A stretch of 64,000 nucleotides of DNA from Daphnia carinata (Eukaryota), in NCBI RefSeq assembly GCF_022539665.2, contig NC_081331.1:1240001-1304000 (forward strand). Direction: 5' to 3'. The translations under genes and the position numbers were made by a program. The notes beneath the pieces were generated by a model, which did not search any database, was not told the DNA's origin, and saw nothing but the letters and a program-made list of their open reading frames with translations. Each line of letters begins with the position of its first letter. Within the stretch, counting starts at the first letter, position 1. This document shows, one piece after another, positions 12,201 through 27,200 of the stretch.

Positions 12201-15200
12201 AGAGGTGGCCAAAAACAATATGAAATACCTGTCTGCCATACTTTGCAAGCAGGCTTTGTTCGAGGTTTCAAACACTTGGGAGAAACTGTTTCTTACTTTA
12301 AAACCATTTCTTCGTCGAAAACAGTATCACTCACACAACATTGGAAAAAATTTACATGTCAAAAAGAGGATTTATACAACCTTAATACAAGGCACAGAGT
12401 CAACTGCTGTGCATGTAGTTTACTGAGATTTCCTAGTAATGTCGAGAAATACGTTTTTCAAGTCTATAGCAAATGTGGGAATGTACATCCCTCTACACCG
12501 GCCTTTTTCAAGCCAGTTAGCCAAAAATGTCACAGCGTTAGCCTAAAGTAGTAGCAGGCAATATGTTTATGCCAGCATGAAACTCAATAGAATTTGAAGA
12601 CGTGGCTGTCCAAAGTTCACTTTGCGACTGACGAATCTCAGCCATTATAGATTAATTCTTCAACCACGTCCTCTGGCATAATGAGAATTTCGTTTCCAAA
12701 CTGAAGTTCAGGAAATCCTTTTCTTACCCCTTCCTCCACTTTACTTTTTCAAAATCCATGATGGCCGACTTTGGAGTGCCAACCAATTAGATTTCACGAA
12801 AGGATAGGGACTTTTTCGTCTGCTTTTACATTTCGGAATTACCTTACCATACCTCCTGCAAAAAAAGCATGATGGCCGACTTTTGGATGCAGCCAATAAG
12901 GTTCGAAAGGAGGATAAGAAATTTTCTTTCTTCTTTCATTTCAGACAACCTATTAAGTCGTCTGTTTTTGTTTACAAAAGCGTCGTCTGCTCGGAAAAAA
13001 GATAAGCTAATTATTTTAAACTTACAGTACTGCGATAATTGAACCTCTGGTATACTGACAGTTCAAAAAAAGCTTGGGGGTTTTTCTTCAAGAAAAAGTT
13101 TTATTTTTGAACTGAACAAGGTATATCGGCATGCACGGATAGTATACGTAAATGTTTAATGAGGAGCGATATTAGGGGAACGCGAGCCTTAAACATCAAA
13201 CTCGAGTCTCTTCTTGCACGTTTTATCAACAGAAATACAGACCACAGTTTTAAATTACATTAGATAGAAAAAAAGAACGTTAAAAAAAGTTCCAGCATTC
13301 TTAAACGACTGCCTTTCAATTTTTAAAAAATATATTTTATTATATAATAATTTTTTTTCTTCATTTTTCACTTATCTTAGGGGAATTTGATTTCTTTCAA
13401 GTTGGACAGGCGAATCCATATATCGAAGTTGTTCTTACGTGCCATTAGGTTGTGTTTCAGGATATTGGGTGAAAGATAACCGAGTTTCATCGCTGATGTA
13501 TCGTTGTACCCAATACCCTGTTAAGAGCCTAGTCAACAAGACGCCGGAAGTGCATCCGTTGCACGGCTTGAAGGCCATGAATATTGCCATCTATTATATG
13601 AAATTTCTTTCAACAAAGAGAAGAATAAAAAAAATATATAAATATCTTTCGTCGCGAACCTATCGTAAAGTCACCGCGTAAGGTATCAAATAAATTATTT
13701 TTTAGGCTTCAAATGTTACAAGTGCGTCATCAATAGCTAGGGAGAAAAAGAAATCTCGAGACGGGTGGCACTGTGTTCTAAAATTTGATTCGGCCAGAGC
13801 ATATTCCATCTTTTTCGTGTTGGCAAGAGTATGTAACTGACAAGCGTATAGAAATTCAAGCTGTAAGGAAGTGACAGAGCAATCGTACGGTACCCTTTGA
13901 AAACAAAAACTCTTTACGAGATATCAAATACAAGCGTCAAAGTAAACAGGTTATAGAAAATTCAATATAGATTTCTATTGAGATAAAAGGCCGTTTGCAA
14001 ATGGTAGTTTAGAATTTACGCACGGAAAAAAACACGGACGATGGTATGATGTGATCGCCTATCGAACAATACGATTCCGATAGAAGACTCAGCGAAAAAG
14101 AAAAAAGGATTGAGGTATTATAGGGTGCGCCCATATGGGGTACCAGCCGTAACATGTATAGTTTTTGATTGTGTATCGATACTTTTGTGTTGCGCGTCGT
14201 CTGTCTTTTGGCTTGGACACTTCCTGTTTTTGTTTCCGGCGTAGCAGACAAGATAGTAGAAGCAAAGAAAAAGAAATAAATAAATAAAATAAAATAAAAA
14301 CAAGAGAAAGTCCGCCTATTATACGGCTGTTATGTTGGCGAATGCCATATATCCGACGGCTACATGCTATCAACACAAAAGAAAAAATGGCAGAAAACTA
14401 AGAACCCAAGACGTTCGTCTAATTTTTTTTAAGTTGCTGTGCAGTTGTACAGACTTCCATGACGCATTGTTTTCTCCACAGCAATCACTGTGTTCTATCT
14501 CCTTTTTTTTCTTACCATTCTGACAGTCTGTTGCCGATAGCTTGATGGCTAGATCGGTCGACTTGGTACATATTGTTGCCCTTGGCTTGCTCTCATTTTT
14601 TTTTGCGCCGTTTCCTTTTTCTTCTTTTTGTGACTCTCCGCTTAGTGTTTTTATGGCTACTGTTGTTCTAGAAACTTAGTTATATTTATTTGACCAATGG
14701 TTGGCAAGCTGAAAAAGAAAACCAGAGAAATGTCGAGCCTGAGTTCGCAAGTGAGGCCTAGAATGCTGGTGGACATTGGTGGACGGCCGTAAATCCCAAA
14801 GCCCGACATTCGAGATTACAATGTTAAAGCTTCGCTTCCTCCCTCGCGTTTCGTAAAGGCAATATAAAAAAAGAAGCAAAGTCTGAACACGTTTCGCGAT
14901 TTGCGACACAAAAAAAAATCTTTTACTCTGAATTACACTCTTCATGGCCCATCGAGGTGGAGTACTTGAAGAGCGCGTTCTGGTCATCAGCGACAGGCAA
15001 TATAACCTATACACTCTGTACGGGTGTTTGCTGGATGCGGTTCTCCGCACCGCTGAACGCATACTGTTTTAGATTGTAAATATATATATAGTATATATAT
15101 ACAGACTACGTAACCCTAGCATATACCTCGAACAGTATATCCGAGCGTGATGGATAAAGGATCTCCTCGTACATTTTTTTTTCTTTAGGTCGAACATTAG

Positions 15201-18200
15201 GGTACTGCTCTTGCTTCCGCCTTTCTGAATGCTAGATATATATATGTGCTTTACACAAAACTATGTTTTGAGTCGCATCAAGTCGTCCACATATATACGC
15301 TCGATACATAAAGTATGGGGAAGAAGCTTGATCCAGAAGCCATTAGCCGGATTGGATCAGTGAATGCTTTCAGCTCACGCTACTGTATATGCGGCTGGCC
15401 TTAGTACATAGACCCGGGAAACACTGCTATCACGGCAAGAAAATCGATTCAAGCCATTGTCGTTAAAGTCTTTCTTTTGGTTTTTCTTCATTTTCTAGAG
15501 CGGTTAAGAAACCCACGCCTTTTTTTATGGCGTCTGCAATAATGCAAACACGGAATGATCTTTTATTCTCATTTTTTATGGCATTCGCTCGGCGACGAAA
15601 ACGCCTTCTTCCAAAGTAAATTTTCGTGGATTTGGTAAGGTCGTTTTGGATGCAATTTCAGATACAGCTGATTAGGGATAGTGGACGCTAACAAAAATAG
15701 TTGAATTTCTACTACTAAACTTCTTCAGACTATACAATTGGCTTAAATAGCAAAACTTTAAAAAGGATTTGCCAACTTCACCCCACCTGAAAGCGAGGTA
15801 AATGAAAGTCAATGTACAAGTTATCAACGTACCGTCCTACACCTATTCGAAAGTATCGTTTGCCTACCTGTTCCTTTAATCGGCTTATAGTGTGTAGGCG
15901 GTAAGCATTTTTTTATGACTGTAACTTGGTGCATGGTGTCTTTTCCATTCATTTATGTAAGAACTGAAGGCTTTAGATTTGAAACTAGATAACTATTGGT
16001 CATGTTTCGATCTTGCTTAAGCATATAACCCTAAGTAGGGAAGCGTTTAAAGGACAAACCATTTTTTGTTGCGTGAAATGTAGTATACGATAAAAAAGAA
16101 TGCGAAGAAAAATTAAGAGCTTTTATAACAATGATTCTCATTCAATCACAATAATCTACGTCTATGTTTTTGCGAAGCTCCTAGAGTTAGACGAAGTGGC
16201 AGCAATAAAGAAGCTGTTGAGAAAAATAACAAGAAAAGAAAAGGAAGAAGAATGAGACACAGTCCATCAGTCTCCAGAAAATACGGCACGGACGTTTGCC
16301 CTCATCCTTTCGCTCGATTTTTCTCAGAATCTCGTGGCACTGACGTATACAGCCAACAGACAGAAAAGGCAAAAGCACAACGCAACTGTACACGTACTCA
16401 CTAGCGTAATAGATAGAATAGTATTTTACTAAAGGATCCTTTATCGAATCATCGCCAACGTTGTTGCTCATAGCAATATAAAACTATTACAGAGAAAATG
16501 AATTTCAAAAAAATGTCAAATAGACGTTTGACGTAGGGAAAGCCTGCGTTCTAGAGGATGATAAACGATAGCGAGAGAACTATTTCATACAGTAGGGGTA
16601 TTTGTATTTAATCTCCAGGTCCACAAAATGTTTGTTAGGCGAACATAATTCCTCCTCGGAAATAGCAAAAACCGTAATGTACATAACTCTTTCGTGATCT
16701 CTTTTTCATCACAAACGACTTAGACAAAGAATTCAACCGATGGGCGTCGTGCAGGATGAACAACCTACAATATATGCGGGATTACTCATCCTGCTCACCG
16801 TCGCGAATCTCATGCCTATGTACACAATAATGCATCTGCGTTCCAAGCCAGAAAAATTGTTTTCACGTGAACCCTGTATATATATACGTATATGCCCGTC
16901 TAATGTCCTCTCTTTTCATCGTATACACAGTTGTGTGTGTCGTATCTATGTATCAGTAAATCCACCCACGTTTATACGAGGACCGTGGCACGAACCAGAC
17001 TATGATCGGCTACCATATCGTTGCAGACATCTTTATGGTGACGTCAATAGATTTTTCCCACTCTGTATTATCAATAGAGGAGACGACATAATCCTATAAA
17101 GTTACCATACCTAGAAATTTTAAACGTGCTAAACAACGTAGACGCTGCTGGGAGACTATCTAGTAAAAAAAAAGGAATTATTGGTCCTTTGCCTAGCAAT
17201 GCTCGTATGATGAAAATGGCTGTTATTGTGTAAGAAAGATGAAGCATAAAGAGCGAGAAAAATGATGAAAGAAACTTAATGGTCTTACTGCTTTTTCTAA
17301 ACTTGTTCTTGGCTTCCGCTCCAAACTTCTTGTCTGTTGCGTTATATAGGAAGGGCTCAAATGGAAACAAACAACAAGATATCGAATGCCGTTTTTATTA
17401 TGTATCGATACATTTTCCGTTTTAAGGATCAACAACCGTAAAAAGCTAAGGATGTTGTGTTGCTTTTTTAAGTTGTAAATTTGAGTACTGCGCATTACAC
17501 TCTCTATTTGTCAACAATCACGTTTAATTTTCACGCGAAAGTCTAGTGCCCTTAAAAAAAATGAAGAACACATTATACCCTGCTTATACGTAGTGATTAG
17601 TATCTTTAACAAACTTCTACTTATTAAGCGACGCTGAAAGAAATCATTACGCGCCTATTAGGAGAAGGATCCCATTAGGTAAGATCTTGTGACGTCAGGC
17701 AACACGGAGAGAGCCTTTTGATTATACCGTAGAAAAATATTCTCTCCCACATCATATGAAATCATTTTCTTTTTTTTTTTTCACTCAGATCAGCATAGTA
17801 TTGGGTGGTCACCTAAATCAACATAGAATTGGATGGTTTTCGTCTTATAGAGAGACACACGCAAGCCCATTTTACCAAAGGTGGTATGGACGAACGGGAA
17901 GGGAATGTTTGATTTCATGTCTGTTAATAGTACGTGCCTTTGCAGTCACAAAAAGGCTTCTGCCAGATTTTGCTGTGACTCGCTGCCGGCCGACTGACTA
18001 AGGCGATAGCCGATATTGTGTACACAAACCCTATAGGGAAATTTTAGGGAATAAAAGTCTAGTATGTAACGGTATTTTCCAAGAAAAACTTCAATCCTGT
18101 TGCCCAACGCTTCGTGCAATTGAAGATTAGACAGATACAGGAGCACTTTTGGATAATTACGTGATTAAATCATTGCATTAGTTTTTAAAAAACAAGTTTA

Positions 18201-21200
18201 TGGTGCTCAGTCACTTATGGCTTTCTTGAACAACATTAAACCTAGCGGGGTGAATAGAAACCGTCTTTACAATTGGTTACGCAGAATTTTCAGGAAGCCG
18301 ACCCAATTTTGCTACGTTTATTCTGGCAGCAGAAAGTCTAGACTCATGAACCTCGGCCTCGGCTGTATGAGCCCAAGTGCTGACTATTGAAATTGTATCA
18401 AGTTTACCCACTCCGCGGCAAATCGCTTGGAGCATAGTTGAGATTGAATCTGCGGCTGACACGCAATAAAAATTTCGCTTTAAAAAATGTACGGGCTATA
18501 CGCAGTGTATAGTTCCAGGACATTGATCTACCATCCGTTTCACGTATGTCATAAATATTTTTTCTCCAGACAATGCTAGAAACTTGTAGAAAATACAGGA
18601 GACAGCGCAATTTATGCCTTCAATTATTTGGTAACTATCTGACAATATCTTAGCCTTTCCATCAGCTTTCGTACATATTCAAGGCTATGCTGTACATAGT
18701 TAAGTGGCCGTATCGGCAAACTTCTCAATTTTCTTCGCAATCTTTCTTTTCCTTTTCACAATTTTTCTATTGCCCATGGCTTCTGGTTTTCGATCTTGAC
18801 GTCAACTGTCGCATTGGCAAATGCGAATAGCTGGCGGTTCATTCTGTGCGTAGTCTATAGTTGTCTTTCCAGCCATAACGATAGCTGCATGTTTCACGGA
18901 TGCAATGAGAAAAAGGCAGCCTTTCTGTACGGAATTGTTTATTCGTTTATTATCTTCTGCACAGAATCTGACAACAAGTCGCCTAGCCAGCTATATTTAT
19001 AGTCTAACCAAATACACGAACTATTTTTAAGAAGCTATTTTTTTCAGGGTTGTTGACAAGAGATTCCTTGATTAACAATGTTTTCCTATATCGTAGCGCT
19101 ATACCAGAACAAAAATGCAAAGCACAGTTCGCAAAGCGTGGACGTACGTCATGACGATTTAACTGTCACATACTGGCAAAAGTTGCACGCAATTTATAAC
19201 CTGCCTGATGCACTCGTGTTTTTTTTTGTATTGGAGGTAGATTTTCATTTTCGTCAAAGTTGCAGGCTGTTTATTGAGTTTAAAAAATAATGCTAAGTTC
19301 TTGATTTATCGAAATGCACATAGAATAAGAGGTTGCTAAACATGTTGAATGAGTACGAACTCATGAAATATAGTCAAATGTCTATGTGAAGGCAAGGAAA
19401 AGGGAAAACAAAACACAGGCGAGTCTAGCTTCAATAGTTGCGCAGCGGTGCTGCGAAATAAGCCATATCTTATGGCACAAGTGACTTTGCGGCATAGCTC
19501 CCAATAGGGTCGTGAGGGTGTGGTTGATGATTAGGAATGTCTCTCCCATGATGCCAACGCATATCGGCGTTGGTTATATACATCGCTCTCTCCACAAGGC
19601 AAGCCAAAGTGTGCTGACTCTTTTTGATCGGTCGTCGCCCAGAGAGTCGGTTGCTGCGTATCACACCATAATGGGATGGCATGTTACGCTAGTCAAAGCT
19701 TTAAGCGACCAAAAAGGCAACAGCCTGACGAGCACCTCTTTTTTCACGGCTTCTGTTATACTTGCTTTCGTATATACACAGTATTAGGGAGTGTCAGAAA
19801 GACGGATGTTTGACGTTACCACATATACTCGGGTTATTATATGCGACCTATTGTGTCTGACAGAGGATGAAAACGAGAGACCAAGCGGCGTTGCTGTCGG
19901 GTACATCAACGGAAGGAGGAAGAGATATAGGAGAGGTAGATCAAGTATATATCGTGCTCATACTCTGTTCTATTTACTTGGACTCTTTGAATCAGTAAAA
20001 GGGTATACACTTACAAAGCTCATAAGACCCATGTTATTGATAAGCCGGTTTCGTATAGACTGCGGACCCGAGACCATTGACACGGTATACAAGGATTGAG
20101 CGACTTGTTTTAAAAATTCCTGACCCTATGCAATATGTAGAATGAACTGCGTCTTTCCTTGACAAAATTATACGGTGTGTTCGGCGTCTTTTTCTTAAAG
20201 GGCTATGCCTTTCGAGGTTTTTTCACTTTATTTTTTGTACATCATTAGTGGAGCACTTTTCCTTAAGTGCGGCTTTTCGTAAAAGATAGATTTGGCTTAC
20301 AGGTTTTGAGAACGTGAATACGCTTACGTGAATAGTAGGCTACCAGAACTGTCATGGCTTAAACGAACGATGTGTAACAGCCGGTAAAATATATCGACTT
20401 CAAAAACGCACGCACAAGCAGTAAAAGACAAATAACATCATTTTATTTGACAAATGGTATCTATCTAGGGCGGCAATTGTGAAAGTGGATAGATCTTCGT
20501 TAGCTGTAACTCCGAGATCTGCGAATTGGAATATCTTTACAGAATAAATAGCCCTATGATGCGTCGCTTTCCGTTCTGGATAAAGTAATTCCATCGTAAG
20601 CTAAAGGCGAACAGTTCCGTTGCCTTTATTTAGTGTGAGTGGCGTCTCGATTTTGTACACTGAAATACGGCCATCTCTTATGTATGATGGCATATGGCAT
20701 ATCCAGGTGAAAATGTCTGAGATTGTTATACACTTTTTGTAAAGTGTGTGTTGATAAAAATATTTATAAGACGGTAAAGCTTCCATGCCAGCCAAGCAAG
20801 CCGTTCCGAGTTTTCAACGTTTTTCAGTTGAATCACCATTTTAAAAAAAAATAAATACAGACAGTGGGTAAAATATGACTGTAACTTTGGACTGTGTCCG
20901 AGGTGCAAGAATTGCTTATTTACCAAATAATGCCATGAATTGGAAATCTTTCTTTAAAAAACAGTTGTCAAAACAATTTTTTTTTATTCTTTAAAATATG
21001 ATGCCCTTGGAAGACAAATATATTTCCCTTTATTGCGCTGTAGGCTACATTTACGTACACACCAAGGTTCCCGACAAGCACGTACTTTAGCCTTAGAATT
21101 TCTTAACTATTGAGCACTATATAATGTTTCATCCACTAACAAAATGAACAACTGTAAATATACTGTGTGGCTTGTGCTTTTTATTACATCTAGCGCAGAG

Positions 21201-24200
21201 CTATTTAATCAATAGCCATCCATTCAGCTTCGCTCGGCCTATGGAAATTTAGTTTCAGCTTTTAACATTGAAACGAAAAGAAAGAGAACTAAATAGGCTA
21301 TTGTCGTCCACACCATTTATGCGAAACGAGTTGGAGATGTCATAGCGACAAAATAAGAACACATATTGTTTATGACACATATTATTTGAAAAACTCTAAT
21401 TAAATTAAAGGTAGGAATGTATTAAAGGTAGGATAACTAAATTTATCAAAACTTTAATAGAATCTATGATGAACAATGCTATCTCAAGGAATTCACCAAA
21501 CTTCGTCAGTGTCTTGGTAAACGCATATTCCAATAAGATTATTTCCCACCCTATCCGTCAACAGCAGTGAGCCACTGCATCATTTATTGTAAAATGGGTA
21601 AATCTCCAGCAACATAGTTTTGTCTCCATTGTTTCGGGGAAGCGATGTGCTGAAACGTACTTATCGATGTAAGGTATTAAATCGGCAGGACAACGATGGC
21701 AAATCAATAGCTCAACAGGCCAAGAGAAGTGATCCTTTTGTGGAGTGTGTCCCCCATAGTTCATCGCCTGACGCTGTGTCTGTTTGCACACAATTCCTGC
21801 TTGAGAGTTTGGCTCCGTGGGGCTCCAAACTAATGGACGGAAACAATTGGCTTATCGTACATCACCCGATCCAAGTTATTTATCTAAGCCGACATCATTG
21901 CACGGAGGCATCGAGTATACATTTCCAATTAAACCGCCGCATTCAATTAGGCACAAGATACAGAAATAGCGGATTAGTGTTACAATTTAACACAAAGAGC
22001 ATCAAAGTATTACGGATTGGCGCATCTACACTAAGATATTCTATGAAACTGTTTGCATTAAATAGCACACACGGGAATCAAATGTGACTGGGGACAAAAA
22101 GCGAGTATGTAAGCGTATTCACTAACTATCGTTTTAATCATTAATGAAAATTCAATATGGATAAGCCTCGTGTACCACCATAAAGCAATTTCGGTTATGG
22201 AGGAAAAGGGAACCAAGGAGCTGGCAACTGATATGCAACTGTGTCTGTTTTATGGCTGGTAAAAGATTGAGAGTAGAAAAAACCGTGACTAGCGTAAAAG
22301 GGCCACAGCGTGTATTCACGGACACTAATGCTTGATGGCCAAAGAGAAGAAGCCTTTTGTTTTCCAAAATTATATTCGTACAGCTAAAGTAACTACCGGT
22401 TTCTATAACATTCTTTGCAAGTTGTAATAACCCAACTACGAAAGAAATAGTTTGGTAGTCGAACAAACTGTATCATCTGAATGCTTTTCTTCACGCTGAA
22501 GCGCAAAATGAATCAGTTGGCAAAAGAGTTAATTGCCCATTTCATAGTTTTAACGCGTTGATGCGCCACACTCGGCATTGTTAAGTCAGGTGGATATCAC
22601 TTGCACAGTTTCTATTTCTAACTGGGAACTCTTTCTCAGAATCCAGGCCTTCAGTATCCAAGTTGAAATAAAGACACACACATACAACAGGAAAAAGATT
22701 ATTTGCCAAATCCCACGTCGATTCGTAAGAGTATGCTTAGGAAAGATGATTCCGTTAGCAAACAAACTAACGAGATGGCTTTCATTATTTGTCTTGGATT
22801 AGCATTATACACATACAGACGGTGGTAACATGGCGGACCAGTCGACAGTTTAGTGGTGGCTCTTTTTTCCTCCATCAAGTTCTCTGGTCGGCATAATTTT
22901 CCCAATCTCCTGCTAAACTTGCTTAGCTAGTTAAATTGTATACAGTTCTACATATGGAAGAGAATCGGATAAGTCTACACGCCATTACGAGTGCTGATAA
23001 CTCCGTACTGATGCGCACGACAACGGACGTGTCGATTCGCGTCGGACGTCTTGCATCCGCAATGCTGGAACGAAGAAAAGCTAAACTCTCTCATTTTCTC
23101 GTACTCTAAACTTTTGGGAAATCGAGTTACATCTCGAAGGGCAAGTAGTAGGCGAAATGAAATATCAAGATAGCTTTTTAGACACATTGGCGAAAGCGGA
23201 TCACGGAGAGGAAAGCAGTTTTCAGGATGAGAACGATGTGCAGTGCTGAACGTGAAATAGCAGGCCGGAATGAATAAATGCCAAAGAATGTCGTGTAACT
23301 CGTTTGACGAATGTACTGCTTGGACGAATCAGGGGGACGTTAAAATTATTAGCTCGATGGGGTTATATTGGAACAAAGTCTATATTTATTGGATTGTAAA
23401 AGAAAGAAAAAACTGATGTTTACAATGAGGGAGGTCAGGCGATGGTTTTGCCCAATGTTTTATTTGTCAATTGAAGTTTTGTTGCTGCTCTTTGTCTGTC
23501 TGTTTGCTCGTTTCGTAACAAGAGCAACAGCAATAAAACATCCATATATCTGCTATACGTGTACACTCTGTCTATTGTTTGCTCGGATGTCCGTCCTCCT
23601 TTTCAACTAAAATTAAACTTTCTTTTCTTGTGTGATGTGTGCCACTGCTGCTCATGCTGTACATACAACTGTGTGTTTATTCTCCAACTCGAGGCATTTT
23701 GGTGAGACAATCAAAAGTTGAGGCGAGTGCAACATCGCGGAACCCCCTGCTTACATGATTTTTATATCCAAGCTCCCTTGATGTGTTTTTATCCATTTCC
23801 TTTGTGACTTGTCTTTTCATTTACTCTCTCAAGAGATCGAAAACGAGAAGGGTGTAGAGGGTGCGTATATGAAAAAAACCGAAACCACATCAAAGAGACG
23901 CGTCGACTTGCCGTACTGGTGCTCACTGGCACACATTGGTTAGTACGTTACAATAAAACTCTTATCCAATGCCTTTTGATAATATAAGGGCGAGACTAAC
24001 TTACAAGTATAGTTTAGAAACACTGTGGCAAGAGCTCAACTAGGGTCTTATGACCGACACACCTGCTGCACTCGCTTTTAACCTCCCGTCTGTTATCCTT
24101 TTCACAGTCGTGGTTGAAGCTATAGAGGCTTAGCAAGAAATCCTTAAGCTTCCTACATGTTCAACGTGCCTAGCAATGTACACAGAATCTTCACGAGTTT

Positions 24201-27200
24201 TGATAAAAACGATTCTTCCAGAGAGAGGCTTTTACGTGTACTTAGGATACTGAAAATCAATCGGCGGCTAACGTTACAGACGGCATTTCATACAGTACCT
24301 ATTTATAGGAACTTTTCAATGCCTTTTTTTAGTAGTATCGTTGCTCAGCTTCCACTAATATTTGATGTCAATTAATTCTCTAGTCCCAATGCTGGTGACT
24401 GTATAATCTATAGTCACTGACTGTATTGGAAGTCAAGTTACGGAGGCGTAGTGCGCTTTCAGACTTTTGCCAAAAGGCAGTCTACGTTGTAGTGTACGTT
24501 TAGATCCTCTTTTCAGTTGGCTAGGACACAAAAGCCAGGTCTCTTTGATGGTTTCATAAAAGGAGGCGATGACGTATAATACATTTTATGTGAAAAACAG
24601 CATCAATCGAACCGATAGAGAAGGGCAAAAATTGTACGAAAAAAAGAAAAGAGTAAACGTGAAAATAAATGCAAACGTTATACCATGTGATGAAAAACAT
24701 CAAAGGAATACGAGGTCAGACGGACAACAACTAAAAAAACGTCAGTTATGCATAGCCTGGAGTGGCAAAGAGGAAAAAAAGGAAATACCAGTGACAGAAA
24801 GTAATTGTTGCAACTCTTGGTCTTCCAGTTTTATTTCGAGGCAAGATTTATAGGAATGTATGAATGTTTCACTAAAGGGCAGTACGGCTATATGTATGAA
24901 CAAATATAGGCTGGGACATGGCACTCGGCATGCATCTCCCCACGTCAGCATTTAGCACTTATATGCATACCATGGTTGCATATGAACGCTCATCTTTTTT
25001 TTCCCTTCATCGTCTTCGTCTCTTTCTCGACTACGAGCTGGCCTGTCTGGTTGTACGTTGTATTATTATTACATACCTCGAGAGAAGACATCAGTGCTGT
25101 CCGTTTCAACAGCTGTGGCATTCACTTTAGACTGTGCCGTCCCTGCCCTTTTTTCCTCCTCTTTTTTTTTTCTCAATCTCATACATCATTTTGAAGCAAA
25201 CAATATACGAGAAGAAATCCTAACATATTATACCAACAACACATGTGCAGTATTCAAATATAAATCTAATGCGAGGTATGTCTATCCAGACTCCGTGTGT
25301 ATATGTACATTCTAGCGCTAAAATAAATTTTTGGCTGGATGAGTGGCTGTTCATGCGTACGCGGGCCTAGTACAGAGGGTATATATATCAGCTGATGTAC
25401 GTGTTGTTGTTGTTGGACGATCGCGCTACCAGAAAAACGTTGTAGAAACGGACCCATGGCTGTCTCTGCATTTTTGACGAAAAAAGAATAGCGCTGCGCG
25501 AACTTCCTGCTGCTACTGACAGTCGGCGAGTCGATTCCTTCCGTTATTTAAGACCGTTCTTATTTCTCCATTCGCTTTATAAACCCGTATACTACATGGC
25601 TATGTATAGTACTGTGACGGCCAGAGAAACAGGAACCGACGAACAAAAAAAAAATAAATAATAAATAGATAAAATAAAGATGCTGTCTCCTTTTTCGGCT
25701 TCCATTTGTTTTCGCGCGGCTCTCGCATAAATTGCGATACAACTGGCAAAATTGTAAAATAAATACGCCAAGGAAAAAAGATAAAAACAACACAGCATGA
25801 TGGCTCAATATATACAAAGAAGTCGATGATAAATAAATAAACATGAAAATCAGTATACCGTTGATAATTATGCAAGAAATCGAAAACCGCTTCGCTGCTA
25901 GGGCGCTTCCGCGATCCATAGCGAAATGATTATTTTTCGTCAATCATTTATTTTTTGCCCGTTTTTCTTTGCAGAGACTTTCATATAGATGTTGTGTCTG
26001 CGTCTAAAGGAACGCCCGCTGTAAGACGAGATTTAGGTCATTGCCAACAGCCAGCCGACCGGATCGTTTTTGCCTGATTTTTAGCGGTGATGGATTGCTA
26101 CTAGCGACAGCTACGTCGTCAAGCGGGAATAATTCCTAAGACAAGTTTTCTTTTCGATTTTTTCCGAGAAACTTTCTCCGAGCAGAGAAATTTTTAAAGA
26201 GCTATGTATAATTTTGGCATCAACGATAACTGAAACCGTTGATTATTTATTTGATCTTTCGCGTTATTCGTTGTTTATTCGAGTCTACTGATTCTTTCAA
26301 ACCGTTTGCTCTTTCTGGGACGTTGTCCAACTTTTCGTCGACTGCCAGAACAACTGATGCTGAAAGCATTTTTGACGTTAAATCGGATCAAATTAATTAG
26401 TTTCACCTCTCTTGCCTTCGAAATGGCTATAAGCACTCTGCTCGAAAGCGAAAGAAGGCTGACGGAAGCCAATTTTTTTTACGATCAAGACCTTTTACAC
26501 GAATCGTCATGTCCACGGCTCATAAGTAAACATGTTTGTTGCTGCTGACAAGGCCAGATAGAACAAAGATTATTGATTTTTTCTTGTTCAAACTTGGATA
26601 TTTTTTTTTTGGTAAAAATATCCAAAAAGAAACTGTTCCTTATGTTATGTAAAATCCACATGTTTTACAAGAAAAAACGGGTTGTTGTATATTTACTTTA
26701 GAGTTGATGATTTCTATTGTTGGGATATATCTTTTAGTATTTGACGACGAATACCGAGGAACTATGGAAGGTCTATTCCTGCGATACGGATAGTATAAGA
26801 AAACACGCCCACACGTTTAAGCATGTGAGTTCCTTCTGTAGAGCTAGGCATGATTGACTTGTCATTCGAAACGGCCTCTACATCTCCTCGAAAAGAAACA
26901 AGAGGGCCATTTTTAGTAAATAATAACAACCGTACGCTGACTGAAAATTAGATGTCGATGCCACACGTCTTGAAACGTAAGGCAATTGACTTTTGTTCGC
27001 AAGTGAAAAAAGAAAAAGAAAACTTGGGAAGATCAAAGATGTTCTGTACGCACAGTCGCACACAAATTCTGGAATTTGGCTCAACGATAACAAGCTCACT
27101 AGTAACCACCGTAAAGAAACGAGCAGGCATCCTATCTTGTCAATTCTATATATCCAAAGTGTAGAGGCTTTGCATGCGACCACTATTGTTCTGTATACAG

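Noticed and set aside
18277..18462. Exon-like minus-strand segment (AADSISTMLQAICRG...) in the Dpr intron
   Set aside because: Its phase 1->2 boundaries would frameshift the Dpr CDS, and it has no recognisable similarity.
21620..22466. 155-aa and 104-aa ORFs in the large Dpr intron
   Set aside because: They have non-ATG starts, no recognisable domain or transposase/RT motifs, and no terminal repeats that I could see.
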